A stretch of DNA of 41,059 nt, from NCBI GenBank assembly GCA_019058245.1, contig JAHPZJ010000004.1, forward strand, positions 1 to 41,059. The letters are read 5' to 3'. This DNA is from Promethearchaeota archaeon. GTDB lineage: Archaea > Asgardarchaeota > Lokiarchaeia > Sigyniarchaeales > SOKP01. The notes below the pieces were generated by a model. The model did no database searches. It saw only the letters and a program-made list of their open reading frames with translations, and had not been told where the DNA came from. Below, in pieces: positions 18,349 to 26,708 of this stretch (the first letter of the stretch is position 1; every line of letters begins with the position of its first letter). The translations under genes and the position numbers were made by a program.

Positions 18349-19716
18349 TTAAGCACAATTCTCATGTTCATGATCATCATCATGCCAACAGAAAGGAAGT
18401 GAAGCTAAAAAATCACCCGTTACATTCTCCGCATGCACCCTGCAACCCCCACCACACATATCAAGGTGGTGACAAGTTGAACACTTACCTTTTATTTTTC
18501 GATCTCTAATTTTTTTGAACATTTCAGTTTCCATAATTTCATTCCAACTCTGCTCAAGAATATTACCTAAGATTAAATCAGAGGGATAATCACAAGGGAA
18601 TACATCCCCATTAGTATCAATCCCGGAAATTGAGCGACAGGCTTGACATCCTGTGCCCCATTCGATCGCAGTCCTTTCTTCATCATTTATAGGACACTCC
18701 ATGAATGGTACCATATCCCATGTATAGAATTTATTGAGCGATGATCCTTCTCCTTTTCTGATAGCTTCTATAGTATTTTTATATTTAAAATCATAGAATT
18801 GTCGATATTCTTCCATGCTTAAGCCGATTTCGTCCCAATTTAAATCCGCTGAACGTTGTTTAATTAGGGGTCTATAAAAGGGTGTTACACCCCTAGAATT
18901 AAAATATTCCCTTAACTTATCTAATTCATCGAAATTCTCTTTTTGAGCAGTTACATTAGCAATGGTAAAAATCCCATATTTTGCAGCTAAATCTAATGCT
19001 TTTTCCGCCGCTTCGTATGGTTTTGGATGCCCTCTAATTTTTGCAGCACGTTTGGGATCCGTACTATCATAACTAATAAAAATATGGCTCATCTTAACAT
19101 CTGCGCATATTTTTGCCAGTTCTTCAGTAAACAAAATTCCATTAGTTGCAAGTGCTTGATAATAGCCCTTTTCACCACAATATTTTATTAGATCTTTAAG
19201 ATCTTTACGAATAGTAGGTTCTCCTCCAAACCATATATAACATCCTCGTCGCCCGCGTTTTCGTAAACTTTGTTCAAGATCCTCAATAATTTCAATCCAA
19301 GTTTCCATGGGAAATTCTGGACGTTTCTCCATTACCGAAGCAGCACAATGGAGACAATTTTGATTGCATCGATCCGTCAGATATATAGTAAAATGATAGA
19401 CACCGGGTAAGAAAGCTCCACTAATTTCATTCCATGTACGAGCGTATTGTTTTCTAATTTCTGATAATTTTATATATCTGTCCGTATCGATCCCTATTGT
19501 CTCCAAATCCTTGACAACTGTGGGTTGAAATGCTTCTGGTGTTATCTCAAATAATGCAGAAAGCAAATCATCCCTACTTACAAATCCAGAATTCCTAAGC
19601 TGTGCTGTTTTTTCAGCAGCCTCACGTAACATAGGTTTAACAGATGGGCGAAACGCTTCAGGGGTTAAATTCGTTATTTTTATATACAAATCTTCAATTT
19701 CTCTTTTCCATTCCAT
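18349..19716 (-). CDS. PCP_red/DUF2621-like domain plus radical SAM/SPASM enzyme (paralog A)
   Basis: CNQNCLHC, GGEP, GCQAC...GDVFPC...CSTCHHLDMCGGGCR...C. Start set at MEW (19716) by analogy with the two neighbouring genes that also begin MEW. Confidence 0.9.
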   Translation of the reverse strand: MEWKREIEDLYIKITNLTPEAFRPSVKPMLREAAEKTAQLRNSGFVSRDDLLSALFEITPEAFQPTVVKDLETIGIDTDRYIKLSEIRKQYARTWNEISGAFLPGVYHFTIYLTDRCNQNCLHCAASVMEKRPEFPMETWIEIIEDLEQSLRKRGRRGCYIWFGGEPTIRKDLKDLIKYCGEKGYYQALATNGILFTEELAKICADVKMSHIFISYDSTDPKRAAKIRGHPKPYEAAEKALDLAAKYGIFTIANVTAQKENFDELDKLREYFNSRGVTPFYRPLIKQRSADLNWDEIGLSMEEYRQFYDFKYKNTIEAIRKGEGSSLNKFYTWDMVPFMECPINDEERTAIEWGTGCQACRSISGIDTNGDVFPCDYPSDLILGNILEQSWNEIMETEMFKKIRDRKIKGKCSTCHHLDMCGGGCRVHAENVTGDFLASLPFCWHDDDHEHENCA

Positions 19717-19815
19717 TATATTCACTTCATATAAATTTCAAAATACTTTTTGTATGTTTAAATTTAAACTTTAAATTATTAATTTTCAAAAAATTATAGG
19801 AGAAAGTTATCATTT

Positions 19816-20523
19816 TTATCCCTCCAGTTGAAAAGGTTTAGTAAAATATTCAATATTAGTTTGAGGATAAAGATATTGATTGATAGAAATACTATCGAAT
19901 TTTTTAATATAAAATATATAAAAAAATTGTAGAAAGTATGAATATTGCAATAATTTAAACAAAGATTGAAATATTGCTATATTATTAATATCAACAACAT
20001 AATTTCCTTTTTCTTTCAAGAAGTAGTATTTGTTCTTGCAATTATTTGTTAGACTTTCATTTTCTTCAAATTTAATAGATAAAATTAATACATTAGAGGG
20101 AACTATTGGTTCATCTCCTAATCCAAAAAGTATGATTGAACCTTGATATAAATTATAGATCTGATTTTTAGAATCAAAATCAAATGATTCTTGAAAATCT
20201 TCCTCTAAACAAACCTTTATATAATATTGATAAGCAATTCTATCAACTAACACACTTATATTTGTGATAATTATACTATCAATCAAAAATCCAGAACTGA
20301 TTTGGATAAATTGAAATTTATTAGGTAAAAACCAAAAAATATTATTAAAAGATAAGAAAGGAAGGAAAATTGAATTTCCTAATGCTATATAATCTTTTGC
20401 AATAGAAATAAAGAAATCAATCTCTCCTAAAAACGAAAAAATTAGAGTAATTGGGATACTCACAAAAATAATGATTAAAATTAATATAAATTTCGTAATA
20501 TTTTGTATTTGAGTGGAACGCAT
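19816..20523 (-). CDS. Hypothetical membrane-associated protein
   Basis: 235-codon ORF in very AT-rich DNA; hydrophobic N-terminal half; no motif recognised. Confidence 0.45.
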   Translation of the reverse strand: MRSTQIQNITKFILILIIIFVSIPITLIFSFLGEIDFFISIAKDYIALGNSIFLPFLSFNNIFWFLPNKFQFIQISSGFLIDSIIITNISVLVDRIAYQYYIKVCLEEDFQESFDFDSKNQIYNLYQGSIILFGLGDEPIVPSNVLILSIKFEENESLTNNCKNKYYFLKEKGNYVVDINNIAIFQSLFKLLQYSYFLQFFYIFYIKKFDSISINQYLYPQTNIEYFTKPFQLEG

Positions 20524-20691
20524 ATTTAATTATAATTGATTAATTTTAAGCTGAATATATAAATTCTCTAAAAACTTCCCATAATGTTGTATTTTTAATA
20601 ATAAAATTCATTTACATTTAAAAATTTCGAATTAGTCTAAAAAATTAATTAGACTGATATGTATTGGTAAAATATTGGAATATTGATCTTC

Positions 20692-22185
20692 TCAATCAGA
20701 AAGATTAGACCCTGTAGTTAAAGAAGTGAGTATCGTACTTAAAAATAATAACATATTTGCATTACGAATTGACATTTTGGAAAAATTACTTGTTTCATAA
20801 TTTATAGCATTGTAGAAAAATGATATTTTAGTTCTTTTAAAAAATTCAGAAATTTGGGGAAATGAATTTAAAGTTAATTTTAAACCAAATTTCTCAGGAG
20901 ACTCATGAGCAGGGGATCCCGGAAAAACATGATAAGGTTCATTCATTATAGTTATGGGTTTGGAACTCGATTTCCCATATTTTAATTGACACTTTAAGGC
21001 AAAAATGAAATCTTTTTGAATATCTAAATGAGTTTGGAAAGGAAAACCGACAGTTAGCCAAATTCTTAAAGTTCTTCGGTATAAATTTGCATTCTTTATT
21101 AAATCATTTATTTGCTTTTTAGGAAAATTAAAAGTTGGATCACAGAGTTTCGCTATTTTCTGATGTACTCTACTTGACATTGTTCTAGGAGATATACTGA
21201 GTGATGAATATCTACGAGGAAATGTTTTATAGAACGCATTCCACATATCTTTAGGAAATGGTAATCTCCATATCTCTAAGTCTCCCCCAATGTCAAAATC
21301 TTCTTTCTGAATTAATCCAAATAATCTTTTCCAATATTTTAATGTGGCTGGATAAGTACCATGTCCAAAAAAAATACTTGGTATCTTAAAATTATTGCTA
21401 ATACTACTAATATCATCAATTATTTTCTCTGGTTTTCTAAGGATAACATTTTCTCGACCTGATAAAATCTTTTGTGCCCTTTGGCCTCCTCCACAATAGG
21501 GACAATTAAAAGGGCATCCTCTTCCAATAGGAAGATTAAATGAGATTCCCATCATTTGTCTACTGGATTCAAAATATTGTTTTGCATTTTCTAAAAGTGA
21601 AAAATTAGTAAAATTCAAATTATCTAAAGTCTTTGCGGTATATGTGAGAGAATTAATTTTAATGTGCTTTGAAGAATCTCTATAAGATAAATTAGGAACA
21701 TTCTCTAAAGATTGATTCTTTTTGATACATTGAACATATTTTAGAAGTGGAATCTCTCCTTCCCCTCTGATTATTGCATCGATATCTTCATAGTATTTCA
21801 GTATTTGATAATGATAATACGATGCGCTATATCCTCCAAGAACCACTTTACTATTAGGATTTGCTTTTTTTACAATTTTAGCAACTTCAATTGCACCATG
21901 AGCATTATGAATCCAATGTAAATCTAATCCACACACTTTAAAATCAATATTTTTAAGAAAATTTGTTAATTTCCAGTTACGATTTAGATATTGCTCTAAC
22001 GGATAATTTAATATTTTAACTCCAAAGCCTTCTTTCTCAAGTAAATCTGCAATTGCAAAAACACCCATCGGTAAAAAAAGGAATGTCCCTCGTATGAATT
22101 TGGCATTTTTACGATAATCTGGACGTAATACTCTTGGTGGATGAATTAAAAGTAAGTCGTATTTTTTCAAGTAAAATACCATCAA
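20692..22185 (-). CDS. B12-binding radical SAM enzyme (divergent subfamily)
   Basis: LIHPP, PMGVFAIA, LDLHW, LGGYSA, RGEGE; GRGCPFNCPYCGG; FPGSP. Confidence 0.85.
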   Translation of the reverse strand: MMVFYLKKYDLLLIHPPRVLRPDYRKNAKFIRGTFLFLPMGVFAIADLLEKEGFGVKILNYPLEQYLNRNWKLTNFLKNIDFKVCGLDLHWIHNAHGAIEVAKIVKKANPNSKVVLGGYSASYYHYQILKYYEDIDAIIRGEGEIPLLKYVQCIKKNQSLENVPNLSYRDSSKHIKINSLTYTAKTLDNLNFTNFSLLENAKQYFESSRQMMGISFNLPIGRGCPFNCPYCGGGQRAQKILSGRENVILRKPEKIIDDISSISNNFKIPSIFFGHGTYPATLKYWKRLFGLIQKEDFDIGGDLEIWRLPFPKDMWNAFYKTFPRRYSSLSISPRTMSSRVHQKIAKLCDPTFNFPKKQINDLIKNANLYRRTLRIWLTVGFPFQTHLDIQKDFIFALKCQLKYGKSSSKPITIMNEPYHVFPGSPAHESPEKFGLKLTLNSFPQISEFFKRTKISFFYNAINYETSNFSKMSIRNANMLLFLSTILTSLTTGSNLSD

Positions 22186-22300
22186 ATATGATTAAAAATT
22201 GGTTCTTAATACAATCTTAAAATTAATTAACTATTTATTGAATAATTAGTATTTGGATTAATACTTTAATTAAATTATTCCTGATAATATTTTTTTTTAA

Positions 22301-22831
22301 TTACACTTTAATTTCGACTTCTTTAGAACTCTGTATAATTGTTTGATTTATTCCTCTTAAATAATCAGAAACTTGACCTATGTGATATAATTTATTCTTA
22401 ATTAAAATAAAAATAAAAATTAATAGACCGGTGCTTTCAGTAATCATTACTAGTGGATTTGTCCATAGTTGTTGTATCCAAAATAATAAGGGTTCTTCAA
22501 CAAATTGAAAATTATAAGAAATAAAAGGGTAGAATAAAGGTACATAAGGTAAATCTAAAATTAAATGGAAAATAAGACCTATAAGAAGGGGAAATGAAAT
22601 ACTTTTATTCCTTTTTGAAGAAAAATGAACAATTAAAAAACAGATAATTACAAATAATAAGTTATGAGAAATAAATCTCCCGTTTCCAAATCCTAAAAGA
22701 AATAATGGTTTATCTATGATATCTGAAAGTAGTGATCCGAGTAATAGTGCATACTTATTTATTTTTAATTTCTTTATTTGTGGGATTTCAGTAAATAGTA
22801 AAGGCAGAGCAGCATGAAATATTGGATATAT
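22301..22831 (-). CDS. Membrane-bound metal-dependent hydrolase (YdjM-like), 176 aa, ATA start; absent from the ORF track
   Basis: Open frame of 177 codons including the stop, read by hand: (M)YPIFHAALP...GSLLSDIIDKP...GRFISHNL...FHLILD. In-frame TAA immediately 5' of the ATA; GAGGT 7 nt upstream. Confidence 0.8.
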   Translation of the reverse strand: MYPIFHAALPLLFTEIPQIKKLKINKYALLLGSLLSDIIDKPLFLLGFGNGRFISHNLLFVIICFLIVHFSSKRNKSISFPLLIGLIFHLILDLPYVPLFYPFISYNFQFVEEPLLFWIQQLWTNPLVMITESTGLLIFIFILIKNKLYHIGQVSDYLRGINQTIIQSSKEVEIKV

Positions 22832-22854
22832 TTAAATTACCTCTTGGTTTTTGT

Positions 22855-24129
22855 TTAGATTTTCCAACTATTAAAAAAATAGACAAAATAGAATATAAAA
22901 ATAAATACTACAAGAAATTCAATTGATAAAATTAGAGATCTTTTAGCTAAATAATTGTAGGGAAAAAGTTTTTCATGATATAAATCAATTTCTTTAAATA
23001 AATCTGTAATTCTTAAAATCCCGAATCCTTGAGCTTCAGAATCATAATTCAAATCTTTGCTTGATTTTCTAATTAATTTAATAATTTCATTATATTTCAT
23101 TTTTGGATCATATTCTTTCATTACAGCGATAAATCCAACACCAATCGAAGCAGAAACGCTAGAACCAGATACATTTATTCTTAAATTTTGAGATATAGGT
23201 AACATCACGTTAGATCCATGTAGACATATATCTGGTTTTATTCTATGGTCTAAAGTAGGACCTCTTCCGCTAAAATTAGCTATATCCAGATCTTTTGTGA
23301 GTGCTCCAATTGTAATAACTTTTTCTGCTGCTCCAGGACTTCCAATAGTATATTTTTCTGGTCCAAAATTACCAGCTGGACATACAACAATAATTCCACT
23401 TTCCACTAATAAATTACAAGCTAAAGATAATATATCTTTTCCATCAGAACTATCTTTTGAGTTTAGAGAAATTAACAAGATATCAACATTTATATTTTCG
23501 GTAATAATTTTATCAAAAATATTTAAAATATTTGAGAAGTAGTACTCTTGATTGATAGTGGATATATTAAAGTCTAAAATATTAGCATCTGGAGCAATTC
23601 CAATATAATTATCCTCTGCATTTTTAAATTGATTACTAATTATACTAGCCATTAAAGTCCCATGGGTGATCTTACTTTCAACATTCTTTAAATCGTTGAT
23701 TTTTTCTGTTTTGTTGTTCAAATAATATCTTAATATATTTTTTGATATTGATGAAAAATTCTCATTTATTCCATCATCAATAATTCCTATATTTACATTT
23801 TTTCCTGTATAGGATATTTGGGAATTTTTATAATCGTTTATTTCTAAGATTTCAAGTACATCTAATATAGATTGATAAAGTCTTTGGTCTTCTTCGATTT
23901 TCTTAACTGATTTGCTTTCATTGTAAATATTAATTTTTTCTTTTGTTAAATTAACATAAATAGAAGGAATTAAATCAAATTTCCCTAGAATTTTCAAATC
24001 TTCGTTGTCTTCTAAGAATTTTTCTCGATTTGACAAATTTTCAAACGAAATTATTACTCGAAATTGTTGATTTGTCTGACTATCAACCTTTTCTTTAAAG
24101 GGCTCATAAATTTTAGAATTTTCACTCAT
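22855..24129 (-). CDS. Subtilisin-like S8 serine protease with propeptide-like N-domain and C-terminal TM anchor
   Basis: IIDDG (Asp), HGT (His), PAGN (oxyanion Asn), SGSSVSA (Ser), FSGRGP, KPDI, QGFG. Confidence 0.85.
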   Translation of the reverse strand: MSENSKIYEPFKEKVDSQTNQQFRVIISFENLSNREKFLEDNEDLKILGKFDLIPSIYVNLTKEKINIYNESKSVKKIEEDQRLYQSILDVLEILEINDYKNSQISYTGKNVNIGIIDDGINENFSSISKNILRYYLNNKTEKINDLKNVESKITHGTLMASIISNQFKNAEDNYIGIAPDANILDFNISTINQEYYFSNILNIFDKIITENINVDILLISLNSKDSSDGKDILSLACNLLVESGIIVVCPAGNFGPEKYTIGSPGAAEKVITIGALTKDLDIANFSGRGPTLDHRIKPDICLHGSNVMLPISQNLRINVSGSSVSASIGVGFIAVMKEYDPKMKYNEIIKLIRKSSKDLNYDSEAQGFGILRITDLFKEIDLYHEKLFPYNYLAKRSLILSIEFLVVFIFIFYFVYFFNSWKI

Positions 24130-24139
24130 AATGAGTAAT

Positions 24140-24943
24140 CTATGTATATCCGTATTCTTTCAATACTTCATTTACTGTATAGTTTTTATGTACAATCTTA
24201 CTAATTGCACTGACAATTTTCGTAGGATCTTCAGATTGAAAGACATTTCGTCCGAAAGCAACACCTGAACCCCCTGCTTCTATTGAATCATAAACCATTT
24301 GCAATAAATCTGGGATTGTATCCATTTTTGGTCCTCCGGCAATTATTACTGGAATATGACTAACACCTTTTACAATTTCTTTAAAAGCATCAATATCTCC
24401 AGGATAATTCGTTTTAACTATATCCGCTCCGAGCTCTGCACCTACTCTAACAGCGATATTTATAACTTCTGGACTATTTTCATCTTTAATTTTTCTTCCA
24501 CGAGGGTATATCATAGCTAATAATGGAATTCCCCACTCTCTTGAGCTTTCTATGACTTTACTAGCATCTTGAAGCATTTCTGTTTCATCATCAGCTCCAA
24601 TATTAATATGTATAGATACACCATCAGCCCCTAACTTTAAAGCTCTTTCTACTGAACATATTAAAACCTTTCGATTTGGATCTGGTGCTAATTCAGTTGC
24701 GCCAGATAAATGAATAATTAGCCCGATATCTTTACCAGATTGACGATGACCTGCATCAACCATACCTGAATGTTCTAATACTGCATTAGCACCTCCTAAT
24801 GCTACTTTATCAACCATTTCAGCCACACTTTCTAATCCTTTGATGGTTCCCATTGTCAATCCATGATCCATCGGAATAATAATGGTTCTCTTGCTTTTTC
24901 TATCAATTATTCTTTCAATCCTAATTTTTTTACCAATATCCAC
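24140..24943 (-). CDS. aroA': DhnA-type class I aldolase, probably 2-amino-3,7-dideoxy-D-threo-hept-6-ulosonate (ADH) synthase
   Basis: PMDHG, HLSGAT, YPRG, ELGADIVKTNY (Schiff-base Lys), AGGPK, GRNVFQ. FBP aldolase activity is not excluded. Confidence 0.75.
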   Translation of the reverse strand: MDIGKKIRIERIIDRKSKRTIIIPMDHGLTMGTIKGLESVAEMVDKVALGGANAVLEHSGMVDAGHRQSGKDIGLIIHLSGATELAPDPNRKVLICSVERALKLGADGVSIHINIGADDETEMLQDASKVIESSREWGIPLLAMIYPRGRKIKDENSPEVINIAVRVGAELGADIVKTNYPGDIDAFKEIVKGVSHIPVIIAGGPKMDTIPDLLQMVYDSIEAGGSGVAFGRNVFQSEDPTKIVSAISKIVHKNYTVNEVLKEYGYT

Positions 24944-25031
24944 AATTAATCCTTTTCTTCTATAAGATTAGATATATCAATAGTAATGAGAAAAATAATT
25001 TAAAATTATAGATATAAAAAACGATATTTTG

Positions 25032-26603
25032 TTACCAAGGTCTTTTAATGTAAGAATTTCTTGCCAATTGCAATTTTTTAGGGTGATTTTCATTATAATG
25101 CGTTCCCCTACTTTCCTTTCGCGATAAAGCACACCTAATTAAAATTTCTGCCACCATTGATAAATTTCTTAATTCAATTAAATTCTTATCTACTTTATAA
25201 TTCCAATAATAATAATCTATTTCTTCTGAGTATAAGTTCATACGTTTAAGAGCCCTCTTTAAACGTAAATCTGATCTTACAATACCAACAAAATTTTGCA
25301 TTAACATTCTAATTTCATCCCAGTTCTGGGTTATTACTACTGCTTCTGTAGATGGAACAGCATCTCCTATTTCCCATTCCGGAAAATCCTTCCTTTTTAA
25401 ATTCATATTATGTTCTGCTAAAAATTTAGCACATTCATAAGCACACACTAAACCTTCAAGTAACGAATTACTTGCTAATCTATTTGCTCCATGAAATCCT
25501 GTGCACGCTGCTTCCCCTATCACATGAAGATTCTTGATTTCTGTTTTACCATCAATTCCAGCTACCACACCACCACAACTATAATGAGCAGCGGGAACTA
25601 CAGGAATTGGGTTTTTTGTTATATCTACATTAAATTCTAAACATTTTTCATAAATTCCAGGAAAATGAGTTTTAATAAAAGTAGAATCCTGATAGGAAGC
25701 AATATCTAAGTATACATAATCATCACCAGATTTTTTTAATTCAGCATCAATAGCTCTGGAAACGATATCTCGAGGTGCTAAATCTTTTTGCGGATGATAT
25801 TTTTCCATAAATTCATTTCCTTTTATATCTTTCAGGATTGCACCTTCTCCTCGCATAGCTTCTGTAATTAAAAAAGATTTTGCATATGGATGATATAAAC
25901 ATGTAGGATGAAATTGATAAAATTCCATATTAGATATCATAGCACCTGCCCTATAAGCCATCGCAATACCATCACCAGATACTACATCAGGATTAGTTGT
26001 ATACAAATAAATTTTACCAGCACCACCAGTAGCTAGAATTGTTGATTTTGCAGAAATATTATGGATTTCTTCAGTATCCTCCTCTAAGACGTGAGCACCA
26101 TAGCATTTTAAATTTTTAACATAAAGATTAACACCACACCACCTTTCTTTGATCTCTACATTATTCAATGCTTTTACGTTATTTATAAGAGTCGTTTCTA
26201 CACTTTCTCCTGTTTGATCATTTACATGTAAAATTCGCCTTTCAGAGTGTCCTCCTTCCTGTCCTAAATCGTACTCTCCTTCTTCATTTCGAGTAAATTC
26301 TATACCCATATTTATTAAATCATCTATTCTATCAGAAGCTTGGGATATTATTTTTCTTACTATTTTTTCATCACATAACCCATCTCCAGCTATTAATGTA
26401 TCATTTATATGTTTTTCGTTATTATCATTATGGTTTGATACACAAGCAATACCTCCTTGAGCATAGTAAGTACTACTTTGGTGTATACTTTCTTTTGTTA
26501 TCAATAAAATCTTTTCATCAGGCAAAAAACTAGAAAGATTTACTGCTAATGAAAGTCCAGATATTCCACTTCCAATTATTAAAAAATCAGTTTTAATCTT
26601 CAA
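25032..26603 (-). CDS. nadB: L-aspartate oxidase
   Basis: GSGISG, AQGGIA, EGGHSERRILH, QFHPT, TEAMRGEG, LAPRDIVSRAI, PAAHY, HGANRLASNSLLE, ESRGTHY. Confidence 0.95.
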   Translation of the reverse strand: MKIKTDFLIIGSGISGLSLAVNLSSFLPDEKILLITKESIHQSSTYYAQGGIACVSNHNDNNEKHINDTLIAGDGLCDEKIVRKIISQASDRIDDLINMGIEFTRNEEGEYDLGQEGGHSERRILHVNDQTGESVETTLINNVKALNNVEIKERWCGVNLYVKNLKCYGAHVLEEDTEEIHNISAKSTILATGGAGKIYLYTTNPDVVSGDGIAMAYRAGAMISNMEFYQFHPTCLYHPYAKSFLITEAMRGEGAILKDIKGNEFMEKYHPQKDLAPRDIVSRAIDAELKKSGDDYVYLDIASYQDSTFIKTHFPGIYEKCLEFNVDITKNPIPVVPAAHYSCGGVVAGIDGKTEIKNLHVIGEAACTGFHGANRLASNSLLEGLVCAYECAKFLAEHNMNLKRKDFPEWEIGDAVPSTEAVVITQNWDEIRMLMQNFVGIVRSDLRLKRALKRMNLYSEEIDYYYWNYKVDKNLIELRNLSMVAEILIRCALSRKESRGTHYNENHPKKLQLARNSYIKRPW

Positions 26604-26708
26604 TAGAAATTGATATATTTTTCCTTATTCTTATTTGAATTTATTTTAAAATACAATTAATTTTATTAAAATTTTATTAAATTATAATAGAAGAAAGACA
26701 ATTTGAGT

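Noticed and set aside
16936-19716. RiPP cluster or standard Ahb/heme d1 pathway
   Set aside because: No precursor peptide, RRE or ahbAB/nir/hem genes are visible, and the partners are lipid and aromatic enzymes. Disfavoured rather than excluded.
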